DNA of 39,106 nt from a virus: the UHGV virus genome UHGV-1488538; one strand, written 5' to 3'. Position 1 is the stretch's first letter. Each line of letters begins with the position of its first letter. The notes below the pieces were generated by a model, which was not told the origin of the DNA, did no database searches, and was given only the letters and a program-made list of their open reading frames with translations. Of the stretch, positions 1 through 8,029 are shown piece by piece. The position numbers and the translations under genes are program-made.

Positions 1-79
1 TTATCAATGAAGTGAACGGTATTTCCCGCGTGGTGTATGACATCAGCGGCAAGCCACCAGCGACTATTGAGTGGGAATG
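1..79 (+). CDS. guaA: 3' end of host GMP synthase gene (partial CDS, last ~25 codons plus TGA)
   Basis: Frame starting at nt 3 translates to ...INEVNGISRVVYDISGKPPATIEWE*, which I recognise from memory as the conserved GuaA C-terminus; no start codon in window. Confidence 0.6.
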
Positions 80-82
80 ATT
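66..82. repeat. attL core: 17-bp direct repeat ATTGAGTGGGAATGATT (second copy at 39044-39060)
   Basis: Exact 17/17 identity at both ends of the window; overlaps the guaA stop codon; integrase gene lies immediately inside. Confidence 0.8.
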
Positions 83-128
83 AACAGCTAACTCATAGCA
101 ACTCATTCCTATTCAGATACTAATTTAA

Positions 129-153
129 CCCTCTGTTTTTACAGAGGGTTTTT
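129..153 (+). terminator. Rho-independent terminator (CCCTCTGT-tttt-ACAGAGGG followed by T-run)
   Basis: 8-bp perfect stem plus T-tract; a near-identical hairpin sits at 39086-39106 beyond attR. Confidence 0.6.
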
Positions 154-205
154 GTTTTTATGTATTCATTTCTATTCACTCTACACCATATTTTTCGTCG
201 GTACA

Positions 206-245
206 GGTGACGGTATTACCTTAAAGGTATACTCTCATACCGTCA
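206..245. promoter_or_regulatory. Putative integrase arm-type sites: GGTGACGGTAT at 206-216 and inverted TGACGGTAT at 237-245
   Basis: Same 11-mer recurs at 38962-38972 next to attR; typical arrangement of arm sites flanking a tyrosine-integrase att core. Confidence 0.45.
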
Positions 246-272
246 TGAAAATGGTTTCTATACGGGTGAATT

Positions 273-1529
273 GTGCTTACCGATACAAAATTAAAAAACC
301 TCAAGCCGCAGGACAAACTGTACAAGGTCTCCGATCGTGACGGGCTGTATGTAGCTGTGCTTACGTCAGGCACGGTCTCGTTTCGCTATGACTACCGTAT
401 CAACGGTCGCCGCGAAACACTGGTAATCGGGCAGTATGGGCGTGACGGTATCAGCCTGGCAGAAGCGCGAGAAGAACTGATTGCTGCAAAGAAGCTGCTT
501 AAAGCAGGCCAGTCACCGGCTGCGGCTAAACGTGACGGTATTAAAAAGATTCGTGGTGCCGAGACGTTTGCGGTACATACCGACAGTTATATGAAACACG
601 TCATCCTGGCTGACAGTACCCGCGCAATGAAGCAGGCGGTGATCGACCGTGACATACTTCCGGTTCTTGGCAACAAAATGATGGCTGAAATTACCACATC
701 AATGGTTCGTGATTTGTGTGACCGGATTGTCGAACGCGGTGGTCGGGCAACAGCAGTACAGGCCAGGGAGATCATCAGCAGCGTATACCGTCACGCCAAT
801 GACCGTGGTCATGGTTTGTTTAATCCTGCGGCTGACATTAAACCTTCGTCTATCGCCATATTTAAACCACGAGAGCGAACACTGACACCAGAAGAAATTG
901 GCCTGTTCTTCCGCACGCTGGATGCCATTGGTGCTATGGGCACTATGAAAATGGCTTTAAAGCTGGTGCTTATCACCATGGTTCGTAAGGGAGAATTCAC
1001 CAATGCAACGTGGGATGAAATAGATTTTAAAAAATGGACATGGACAATTCCTTCAGACCGCATGAAGGGAAGTCGGGCGCACGTTATTTACCTGCCTAAA
1101 CAGGCACAGGATATATTAGTCGGGTTGCAGATGTGCGCTGGTGGAAGTGAATATCTGGTTCCTGGTCGTTACAATTTCCGGAAGCCATTATCTAATGCCG
1201 CGCTGAACTCTCTGATCGACAGAACGGTGAAAATAATAAATGAAGATGGTGAGCATATTCAGGATTTTACTGTACATGATATGCGCCGTACAGCCAGTAC
1301 ATTGTTGCATGAGGCTGGTTATCCTTCAGACTGGATTGAAAAGGCTCTGGCACACGAGCAGAAAGGTGTGCGCGCCGTATATAACAAAGCGGAATACGCC
1401 AGACAGCGCGCCTACATGTTGCAGCAGTGGGCCGATATGATTGATTCCTGGATTAACGGGGAGCATACGGATCTGATTCCGTTCTCCCCGTCGAAGTTTG
1501 AGAAGTGGATGGAAGACAGTAATAAATAA
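273..1529 (+). CDS. int: Tyrosine integrase (P4-type)
   Basis: ORF track 418 aa; N-terminus LTDTKLKNLKPQDKLYKVSDRDGLYVAV... is a typical P4-family integrase N-terminal domain; adjacent to attL; GTG start, exact start uncertain. Confidence 0.9.
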   Translation: MLTDTKLKNLKPQDKLYKVSDRDGLYVAVLTSGTVSFRYDYRINGRRETLVIGQYGRDGISLAEAREELIAAKKLLKAGQSPAAAKRDGIKKIRGAETFAVHTDSYMKHVILADSTRAMKQAVIDRDILPVLGNKMMAEITTSMVRDLCDRIVERGGRATAVQAREIISSVYRHANDRGHGLFNPAADIKPSSIAIFKPRERTLTPEEIGLFFRTLDAIGAMGTMKMALKLVLITMVRKGEFTNATWDEIDFKKWTWTIPSDRMKGSRAHVIYLPKQAQDILVGLQMCAGGSEYLVPGRYNFRKPLSNAALNSLIDRTVKIINEDGEHIQDFTVHDMRRTASTLLHEAGYPSDWIEKALAHEQKGVRAVYNKAEYARQRAYMLQQWADMIDSWINGEHTDLIPFSPSKFEKWMEDSNK

Positions 1530-1531
1530 TT

Positions 1532-2191
1532 CTATCCTTCCTGGACTTTGGTAAGCGTCAGATTTCCGCAGAACACTGCGCCGGTGTCGATGTACATTTG
1601 GTTTGCATACACCAGTGGGTGATGTGCTGGCGTATGACCGAAGATGAACAAATCGGCACCGGTTATCTCCGAGACAATACCGTCCTGCGCGTCGCTAACC
1701 CGCTCACGATTCCATATCACCATTTCTTCCGGTACTGGCTTATCGAATGCGTATTCGTTGTGCGGGTAGTCTGCGTGGCAGATGACGACCTTCTTATTGC
1801 CGGTAACCAGTTCGATAATCATCGGGAGGTTGGTAACCTTTGGCAGAAGGTATTTGAGTTGCACATCCTGCTCAGAATCAAGTTGGTGCCACCATCCACC
1901 GCCGTTTGACATCCAATGTCCGAAACTTCCGCCGTTGACCAGTGCATCCAGCATCATCTGCTCATGGTTGCCACGAACAGCTCGGAACCACGGCATAGTA
2001 ATCAAATCCAGGCATTCGACGTTTTCAGCGCCGCGGTCAACAAGGTCACCAACGGAAATAAGCAAATCGCGCGCCGGGTCGAATGAAACTTTGTCGAGTT
2101 CGTTCATCAGCAGCGTGTAGCACCCATGCAGATCGCCGACGACGAAGATATTGCACCAGTCAGCGCCATTGATGCGTTGATATAGGTTCAT
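1532..2191 (-). CDS. Ser/Thr protein phosphatase (lambda PPase-like metallophosphoesterase)
   Basis: Motifs GDLHGC, GDLVDRG, GNHE and strong overall resemblance to lambda phosphatase as recalled; start placed at internal ATG (MNLYQ...) with GGGAG RBS; track ORF extends to 2311. Confidence 0.85.
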   Translation of the reverse strand: MNLYQRINGADWCNIFVVGDLHGCYTLLMNELDKVSFDPARDLLISVGDLVDRGAENVECLDLITMPWFRAVRGNHEQMMLDALVNGGSFGHWMSNGGGWWHQLDSEQDVQLKYLLPKVTNLPMIIELVTGNKKVVICHADYPHNEYAFDKPVPEEMVIWNRERVSDAQDGIVSEITGADLFIFGHTPAHHPLVYANQMYIDTGAVFCGNLTLTKVQEG

Positions 2192-2838
2192 GCTGCACGC
2201 TCCCGCCCCTGGTTGTCTGTTGGTGACAGCGGAGCATTGCTGAATGCATTTGTTAATCCGCCGATATCCAACGCGTATCCAGGGTGTAGTTGCACTGCCG
2301 GGTCTTCGCACTGATTACCCCAAACATCGAAGCCATGAGACGTCTGGCGGGCGAACAGTTCAATGCGAGAAACATCGCCTAATAATTGCACAAGTTTTTC
2401 ACGAACGATATCTGGCTTTCTTGAATGCTCAAGCCGCGGTGCGGTAAATGACTGAACGATCCCTGCATTAATGCGCGTAGGTAGTTTTCCCTTTACCGCA
2501 AACAGGCAATCTTCACTATTGGCGCGAGTCATGTGTCCCATACCCATAACCAGTTTATCTGGTTGTCGACTACCACATTTTATCCACGTGAAGCCCTTCA
2601 TCGTCATCAGACGGAATCCCCAGGCTTCAACAACTTTTAGTGCTTCGAGTGGTTGTGTTGGCACCCACCACATGGCCAACAGACAGTTTTCATCGGCCAA
2701 ATCCCACACAGGAAGGCGGCAGATATCCAGCACACTCATAACCGGATATTTAAAACCGGCACCGCGATTACCATCTGCGGCTTTGTCCCGGTATACCCAG
2801 GGTGGATCTGCATAGATTAGTGTGTATTTCTTAGTCAT
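2188..2838 (-). CDS. DNA N6-adenine methyltransferase (MT-A70-like, DPPW motif)
   Basis: [12 protein letters not shown] motif; stop overlaps phosphatase start (ATGA coupling); start at ATG 2838 with GGGGTGG RBS (track ORF to 2850). Confidence 0.8.
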   Translation of the reverse strand: MTKKYTLIYADPPWVYRDKAADGNRGAGFKYPVMSVLDICRLPVWDLADENCLLAMWWVPTQPLEALKVVEAWGFRLMTMKGFTWIKCGSRQPDKLVMGMGHMTRANSEDCLFAVKGKLPTRINAGIVQSFTAPRLEHSRKPDIVREKLVQLLGDVSRIELFARQTSHGFDVWGNQCEDPAVQLHPGYALDIGGLTNAFSNAPLSPTDNQGRERAA

Positions 2839-3130
2839 AAACCACCCCACAACATCCTATGCCGCTATAGTCGCCACGGCGAAGGCCGTTACCTTTTGTG
2901 ATACATTGGTCCCTGCGAACCGCGATCCTTGCACGTTCAACATCACCAGAAGCAACATCCATACACTGAAGCCAAAGGTGAGCGGCAATGCGGAACTGCC
3001 CTTTTTTCTCTCTTTCAATCGCGCGTTTTTCGATCTCTATCGCCGCAGGAGTAACGGCGATAACCTTTGAAGGACGGCGCATTGAAACCTTGTTCATGTG
3101 ATATTTTTCAAGTCGGCTTAACTTTCTCAC
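2831..3130 (-). CDS. Hypothetical protein (99 aa)
   Basis: ORF in operon context, overlaps methyltransferase start; no recognisable motif. Confidence 0.45.
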   Translation of the reverse strand: MRKLSRLEKYHMNKVSMRRPSKVIAVTPAAIEIEKRAIEREKKGQFRIAAHLWLQCMDVASGDVERARIAVRRDQCITKGNGLRRGDYSGIGCCGVVYD

Positions 3131-3239
3131 TTAATCCAACCCTCTCTGAAAATTAATGCCAGCAGATAAAGCCATGCTGAAACAGAGGCCAGGAATAAGT
3201 ACCATCCTGACCATTTGCTCCAGTGCCTTAGCAGCACAC

Positions 3240-3488
3240 TCATGCAGCGTTTCTCACAGGACGATATACACGTTGCTGAACAGGAGGCTTTTTACCCTGG
3301 AACTCTGCCGGGCTTGCTGCCTGACGTTCATCAAGCCAACGCTCAACTTCGTCACGGTTCCATGCGCAGCGTTTGTCAGTGATATACCAGCGTTTAGGAA
3401 ATTCACCTGCGCGCTCCATACGGTCGATAGTGCTCCATGACAGTGGCACCACCGCCAGGAGTTTCTTCTTATCTAATGCACCTTTCAT
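3240..3488 (-). CDS. AlpA-family DNA-binding protein / excisionase-like regulator
   Basis: 82 aa; ...LLAVVPLSWSTIDRMERAGEFPKRWYI... matches the AlpA/Vis-type HTH pattern. Confidence 0.75.
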   Translation of the reverse strand: MKGALDKKKLLAVVPLSWSTIDRMERAGEFPKRWYITDKRCAWNRDEVERWLDERQAASPAEFQGKKPPVQQRVYRPVRNAA

Positions 3489-3537
3489 AAATACCTCTCT
3501 TGGTTGCAGTGCGGCGCGTGTGGCGCCGCGGTGGTGG

Positions 3538-4455
3538 TTACATAGATGTTTCGTTTAATTCTTCCCGACGAACGCTGTAAACGTCGGTGGCTTTTGCCAG
3601 CAGTTCGTCATCATCTGAAAGTTTTTGTGCAATGTATTTGTAAGCCTTATCCAGTTCGGAGACAGTGCTGTAATTCATCGCTGCGCTGGTAAAGGCCATC
3701 AGCATTTCTTCTGGATCACGGCTATCCGCTTTACGCGTTTGCTCATCATGCTTTTTCACTGGTTTAGCGTTGATCAGACTGTTCATGCTGGATGCTGTGC
3801 CGTGCTTTGCCTGACTTCTTGGAGTTACGTCACGTTCAATAATGTCAGGTGAGTCGATATATTTACCTTCCATTTCCTCAGCTGTGGCTTGTTGACCAAT
3901 CTCCGGCCATGCTTTACGTAATGCCTGTGCCTCTGCGCATTTTGCCAACTGCGCATAAGGGCGCTTTTTCCACATGGCATTTGGTGCCGATGTGTCACGC
4001 CCCCCAGTTGCATAGTTCTCAATCCAGTATTCTTTGGCGCTAAACTCTACGATTTCCCCGCTTGCCATTCGCTTGCTGACGGTGTACTTACACCACTGAG
4101 GGAAGGTAACCTCCACGCCTGAAAGCGTTTGTGTTACATCTGGACCGAACTCAGGTTCATTAGCGCCTGCGTAATCGCCGGAACGGTAGGCCTGAATGCG
4201 ATAAAGTCCAATGCCAGGCATGACCACGTCGCGCCATTCATTCTTTCCACTCTTCGAGTCTTTAACACTCATTGGTACCAGGTGTACCGGCTTAAGAAGA
4301 GGATCGAGTTGACGCGCCCGGCAGTAATCGACTGCCATCATTACCGATTCATCTTTTGCCCCAGGGTAAATACTGTTTTTCAGAGCGCTCCATGTAACTT
4401 CATCGATTCCCCGAATAGCCAACACATCATTGGTGATTGCAATTTCGTTGCTCAT
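3538..4455 (-). CDS. RecT/Bet-family single-strand annealing protein
   Basis: Motifs GLYRIQAYRSG and WKKRPYAQLAKCAEAQALRKAW resemble the RecT/Bet signature; likely start ATG at 4455 overlaps exonuclease stop (ATGA); track ORF to 4482. Confidence 0.8.
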   Translation of the reverse strand: MSNEIAITNDVLAIRGIDEVTWSALKNSIYPGAKDESVMMAVDYCRARQLDPLLKPVHLVPMSVKDSKSGKNEWRDVVMPGIGLYRIQAYRSGDYAGANEPEFGPDVTQTLSGVEVTFPQWCKYTVSKRMASGEIVEFSAKEYWIENYATGGRDTSAPNAMWKKRPYAQLAKCAEAQALRKAWPEIGQQATAEEMEGKYIDSPDIIERDVTPRSQAKHGTASSMNSLINAKPVKKHDEQTRKADSRDPEEMLMAFTSAAMNYSTVSELDKAYKYIAQKLSDDDELLAKATDVYSVRREELNETSM

Positions 4456-5273
4456 ACGTACATATCCTGTTTGCGTGCCCACTCAGGGCGTTTAATAATT
4501 TCCACGCCGCCCCATTCATCGCTGATGCGGCATTCGTGATAGGTATTCAGATCCCGGCGGAACAGAGCGTGCCCGGCATCGACATCCGGCGCATCCAGCC
4601 CGAACACGCGTACCGGATACCGACCACAATCAATGCTTTCGCTCACGGCAAGAAAGAAAAAACCATGCGGCTGACCAGTAACCCTCATTGCGCCTTCGCG
4701 GTACATTGCGTCCTGCACGTGGTAGCGGAATTCCTCGATGTGACGTGCAAAACGGTCCATATCTGCAACCTTTTTCACGTCGACGATCACGTTGTGCTCG
4801 TTCAGCCATTTGTCTGGACGAATTCGGCACAACTCACCCGTCTCTTCATCGTTCCAGTACATTGATGCTTCGCAGTAACCAGGTGCTTCCAGCATCCAGC
4901 GTGCCGCCGGGTGAGCCATTGCGCTATCACGCATCAGCTCCAGTTTCCGCCACTGCTCGGCATCAAGTACCGTAATCCCCATATCCGCTACATCACGAAG
5001 AAATGCTTCTTCGTCAGCTTTACCTTGTTTCGTCCGACGATCGAACTTCGGTGAAACAATGAAGCGTTTGTCGAATTCTCCAGGCTCCAGAAGCAGACAG
5101 TGCAATGCGGTTCCCATATCCAGTGCAGACTTTTTCTCTTCGTCTTCTGGTGCTGCCTGAACCCATTTAAGAAGCGCCGGATTCTTGGCAACCATGTCCA
5201 GTTGCGACTTACTCACGCCGTCACCGGCGTGGTAGTCTTCGTTGCTGATGTCGAAATAAATTCCCGGTTTCAT
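4452..5273 (-). CDS. RecE-like exonuclease (PD-(D/E)XK)
   Basis: 273 aa, N-terminus MKPGIYFDISNEDYHAG typical of phage exonuclease VIII-like nucleases; partner of the annealing protein. Confidence 0.7.
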   Translation of the reverse strand: MKPGIYFDISNEDYHAGDGVSKSQLDMVAKNPALLKWVQAAPEDEEKKSALDMGTALHCLLLEPGEFDKRFIVSPKFDRRTKQGKADEEAFLRDVADMGITVLDAEQWRKLELMRDSAMAHPAARWMLEAPGYCEASMYWNDEETGELCRIRPDKWLNEHNVIVDVKKVADMDRFARHIEEFRYHVQDAMYREGAMRVTGQPHGFFFLAVSESIDCGRYPVRVFGLDAPDVDAGHALFRRDLNTYHECRISDEWGGVEIIKRPEWARKQDMYV

Positions 5274-5584
5274 GCCGCGTCCCTCTGTCCATCAAGCTGA
5301 TCCGCCAGATCCCAGCGCGCTATAATTGCCATTGCCTCGCGCCGGTAGGCATCCATCAGTTCTTCGAACTCAGGGCTGTCTTTAGCAGCCTCCAGCACTT
5401 CCTGACGAACGCCTTTGCCTGTTACAACGTCGAAAGTTGAGGACAGTTGATGAAGTCGGATGCTCTCAATCAGTTCAACTTGTCGGTCATATAGCTGTTC
5501 TGACAGGCGGTAGTCCTTGTCGAATGCCAGCATGATTTTTTGAAGATTTTTCTGCTGATTAACGTTCATTATCAGCCCTCCCAT
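5270..5584 (-). CDS. Hypothetical early protein (104 aa; possible start at 5569)
   Basis: ORF track; operon position between first leftward gene and exonuclease. Confidence 0.55.
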   Translation of the reverse strand: MGGLIMNVNQQKNLQKIMLAFDKDYRLSEQLYDRQVELIESIRLHQLSSTFDVVTGKGVRQEVLEAAKDSPEFEELMDAYRREAMAIIARWDLADQLDGQRDAA

Positions 5585-5724
5585 ATCTCGTTATCGTTGG
5601 CTACATCGCGAGCTTCTTTGCTGACGAAAGCCCACTTAATGCCTTCCTGTAAGGTGCGGAACTTCCAGCTCATGAATCCGCATGCAGTAACGCAGTACCA
5701 ACCGTTGATGATTTTCCACTGCAT
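5572..5724 (-). CDS. Small hypothetical protein (50 aa), first gene of leftward early operon
   Basis: Not in ORF track (<60 aa); ATG at 5724 preceded by GAGGT RBS; TGA-ta-ATG junction with next gene; product MQWKIINGWYCVTACGFMSWKF... Confidence 0.4.
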   Translation of the reverse strand: MQWKIINGWYCVTACGFMSWKFRTLQEGIKWAFVSKEARDVANDNEIWEG

Positions 5725-5743
5725 AACTTGTTACCTCGGTCTG

Positions 5744-5758
5744 TTACCGTTGAGGTAA
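5744..5758. promoter_or_regulatory. Operator TTACC-GTTGA-GGTAA (OL-like, over transcription start of leftward operon)
   Basis: Perfect 5+5 palindrome; lies just downstream of a TTGACA -35 (5781-5786, minus strand). Confidence 0.7.
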
Positions 5759-5805
5759 TAATTATGCGTATTTGGTTTGATGTCAATAGATATGAGTTAA
5801 AAAAA

Positions 5806-5820
5806 TTACCCATTAGGTAA
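5806..5820. promoter_or_regulatory. Operator TTACC-CATTA-GGTAA (OL-like, upstream of -35)
   Basis: Perfect palindrome about 20 bp upstream of the TTGACA -35. Confidence 0.7.
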
Positions 5821-5831
5821 TAGTATAGGCA

Positions 5832-5856
5832 ATAAAAAAGCCGCCAGAAGGCGGCT
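5832..5856 (-). terminator. Rho-independent terminator after repressor gene (GCCGCC-ttct-GGCGGC plus U-run on minus strand)
   Basis: 6-bp GC stem followed by T-tract on the minus strand, 20 bp past the repressor stop. Confidence 0.7.
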
Positions 5857-5877
5857 TACTTACTGAAGAGTATGATT

Positions 5878-6462
5878 TTATTGTTTGTTTTTTTCGTTCT
5901 GGTTGATGACAAATTCAATGTAACTTTCGATCTTTGCTTTCTCGGTTTCGGGTAACAATGCGTAGCGCGAGCGGTCATAGTTGATAGTCGCAGGGTCGTG
6001 CGGGTGAATCAGTAGTTCATATCCGTGACGCCCGAATGCGGATGCAACATTCTCCAGGGTGGAAATGGAAACGCTGACCTCATTGTTTAACAGGCGACTG
6101 ATTGTCACCTGGGCGACGCCGGATGCGCGGTGAAGTTTTCCCTGAGTTGAAAGGTCGCGGCTTTCACTCATCCAGCGTTCCAGGTTGTGAGCTGCCAGCT
6201 GACCAATGTCGCTTGGGCCGACAGGCTGAAAACCTTCCTGAGAAAGCGAGCGATCGATATCAAGCCAGTTACGGGGTTTATTGGCGGCAGCTTCAATTTT
6301 TCGCGCAACCTGGTCGCCGATAACCTTCTTGCCAAGAGCCCAGCGGTTTACCAGATTTGCCTGAGTTCCAAGTTTTTCTGCCATCCGCGTCTGAACACCA
6401 TTGAATTCACGGTCGATCAAGTCGTTGAGATTTTGCCTGCGGACGTCCTGGATACTTTTCAT
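5878..6462 (-). CDS. Immunity repressor, tandem HTH (XRE-like), no peptidase S24 domain
   Basis: 194 aa; two HTH-like segments (TRMAEKLGTQANLVNRWALGKK and ASGVAQVTISRLLNNEVSVSISTLENV); divergent from Cro-like gene with operator cluster between. Confidence 0.75.
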   Translation of the reverse strand: MKSIQDVRRQNLNDLIDREFNGVQTRMAEKLGTQANLVNRWALGKKVIGDQVARKIEAAANKPRNWLDIDRSLSQEGFQPVGPSDIGQLAAHNLERWMSESRDLSTQGKLHRASGVAQVTISRLLNNEVSVSISTLENVASAFGRHGYELLIHPHDPATINYDRSRYALLPETEKAKIESYIEFVINQNEKNKQ

Positions 6463-6517
6463 TTTCTGGAAAATCGCCTCATATATGAATCAGTAGATGA
6501 TTCAATTTAAAGCAATA

Positions 6518-6532
6518 TTACCCAACAGGTAA
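6518..6532. promoter_or_regulatory. Operator TTACC-CAACA-GGTAA (OR-like site 1)
   Basis: Perfect palindrome between divergent repressor and cro-like genes. Confidence 0.7.
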
Positions 6533-6534
6533 AT

Positions 6535-6549
6535 GCACCCCATAGGTAA
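6535..6549. promoter_or_regulatory. Degenerate operator GCACC-CCATA-GGTAA (OR-like site 2)
   Basis: One perfect half-site, 2 mismatches in the other; 3 bp from site 1. Confidence 0.4.
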
Positions 6550-6565
6550 CTATCCTTGATTTTTG

Positions 6566-6580
6566 TTACCTTATGGGTGA
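6566..6580. promoter_or_regulatory. Operator TTACC-TTATG-GGTGA (OR-like site 3, within spacer of putative cro promoter)
   Basis: 1 mismatch; sits between candidate -35 TTGATT (6556-6561) and -10 GAATAT (6579-6584). Confidence 0.55.
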
Positions 6581-6616
6581 ATATTTATTATCTGAAATAA
6601 ATATCAGGCAATAGCT

Positions 6617-6847
6617 ATGAGCGATAACGGACATTTCGATTTCAAAAAGCACTGGCTTGCACTTACTCCGGATGAGCGTGAAGCCTTCGCACAGGAAGCC
6701 GGAACGACGAGTCACTATATCCAGACTCACTTAACAGGTAAGCGCAAAATGCCAGGTAAGGTATTGATGAATGGGCTTTTTAAAGCCTGTAAAACAAGAC
6801 AATGGCTGCGCTCAAAAGCGGAACTGGCATACTTCTTCTACTCATGA
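6617..6847 (+). CDS. Cro-like small regulator (YdaS-like HTH)
   Basis: 76 aa; first rightward gene divergent from repressor. Confidence 0.6.
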   Translation: MSDNGHFDFKKHWLALTPDEREAFAQEAGTTSHYIQTHLTGKRKMPGKVLMNGLFKACKTRQWLRSKAELAYFFYS

Positions 6848-6869
6848 TATCTGGCAACAACCCTCTGTA

Positions 6870-6893
6870 GACCGCCATCCGGCGGTCTTTTCA
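6870..6893 (+). terminator. Rho-independent terminator after cro-like gene (GACCGCC-atcc-GGCGGTC-TTTT)
   Basis: 7-bp stem plus T-run; tR1-like position. Confidence 0.65.
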
Positions 6894-6902
6894 TATCTAT
6901 TC

Positions 6903-6917
6903 GTACCTCAAAGGTAA
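6903..6917. promoter_or_regulatory. Operator-like site GTACC-TCAAA-GGTAA
   Basis: 1 mismatch; immediately follows the terminator. Confidence 0.45.
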
Positions 6918-6997
6918 TAAAAAACCAAATCTGGTTGATCTTTTTTTTGTGTCAGCACAAAATAACCGTAATCCCAATACTAATAACAGGGCTTACC

Positions 6998-7198
6998 ATG
7001 GAAATCATTACACGTATTGATGCCGCAAAGCGCGGACTTAAACGCTACTACACCGGAAAACCATGTAAGCACGGACATGACAGTGAACGCTGGGTTTACA
7101 ACGGACACTGTGTTGAGTGCACCATGGAGTCAAACCGTCGCATCAGGGCAGAGATTAAGCAGATCATGATTAATTCCTCCCCACAACACTCAAGCTGA
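6998..7198 (+). CDS. Small Cys/His-rich protein (possible zinc-binding regulator, cII position)
   Basis: 66 aa from internal ATG; CKHGH...CVEC pattern; track ORF begins at 6935. Confidence 0.45.
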   Translation: MEIITRIDAAKRGLKRYYTGKPCKHGHDSERWVYNGHCVECTMESNRRIRAEIKQIMINSSPQHSS

Positions 7199-7213
7199 TA
7201 GCGGAGATTAATC

Positions 7214-8029
7214 ATGAGCAGACATGCAACAGATTGGGCCTGGGAGACAGATCCAGGTAGCTCATCATTAAAGCTCATACTGCTCTCGATGGCTGACAGA
7301 GCCGATGAATATAACCTCTGCTACCCCAGCATAGAACGCCTCGTTAAAGACACTTGCCTGAATAAAAAAACCGTGCAGGCCGGGCTTATATCGCTCATGA
7401 AAATGGGGCTTATTTCAGATACCGGAGAGAGAAAGGGAGCGACAAAAAGAGTGCGGGTTTTCTCTCTTAATATAACCAAAAACGGGAACATTAAAGGCAA
7501 CCGGGAGGGGGGCAATGAACCCGAAAACGGGAATATACCCGAAAACGGGAATATACCCAAAAACGGGATGTTGAATGATCCCAAAAACGGGATGTTGAAT
7601 GATCCCAAAAACGGGATCCAGAACCAGTCATATAACCAGTCATTTAACCAAGAGAGGGAGAGCAGGACAAAAAGCGGGGATTCTGTGCCTCATGACCCCG
7701 GAGCAAACAACGCCGTGATGAATAACTTTGTTCCTCCTGGTGGGCCAGGGCAATTAGGCAAATTTGTCATGCATGAACAATGGCAGCCATCAGATGACTT
7801 TCTTCGGAAAAGCTCATTGCAGGGGATCTACCTGGACAGTCTGCCAACGGCACAGGAACTTGCAGAGTTCAGAATTTACTGGATGGCTGAGGGTAAGGCA
7901 TACCATCAGGCACAGTGGGAGCAGAAGCTGGCAAGGCGGCTGCAGATTAGCAGACAGAAGCAATCAACATTACCTGATAACAACGTTCCGCACTGGAACA
8001 GCCCTGAAGCATGGGAGGATTTCTTGTGA
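7214..8029 (+). CDS. Replication initiation protein (O-like, N-terminal HTH, internal repeat linker)
   Basis: 271 aa; N-terminal HTH-like region; internal peptide repeats NGNIPENGNIPKNGMLNDPKNGMLNDPKNG encoded by DNA iterons; immediately upstream of P-like gene. Confidence 0.7.
   Translation: MSRHATDWAWETDPGSSSLKLILLSMADRADEYNLCYPSIERLVKDTCLNKKTVQAGLISLMKMGLISDTGERKGATKRVRVFSLNITKNGNIKGNREGGNEPENGNIPENGNIPKNGMLNDPKNGMLNDPKNGIQNQSYNQSFNQERESRTKSGDSVPHDPGANNAVMNNFVPPGGPGQLGKFVMHEQWQPSDDFLRKSSLQGIYLDSLPTAQELAEFRIYWMAEGKAYHQAQWEQKLARRLQISRQKQSTLPDNNVPHWNSPEAWEDFL
7476..7617. repeat. Iteron array (putative origin of replication) inside O-like gene: 6 copies of CC(C/G)AAAACGGGA core at 18/24-bp spacing
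   Basis: Direct tandem repeats visible at 7476, 7520, 7538, 7556, 7580, 7604; analogous to lambda ori within O. Confidence 0.6.

Noticed and set aside
129-148. Possible LexA box in CTGTTTTTACAG
   Set aside because: Spacer between CTGT and ACAG is 4 nt, not 8; this is the terminator hairpin.
587-1063. Minus-strand ORFs (587-775, 809-1063) inside the integrase gene
   Set aside because: Fully embedded antisense to a well-supported integrase; no RBS or motif; typical shadow ORFs.
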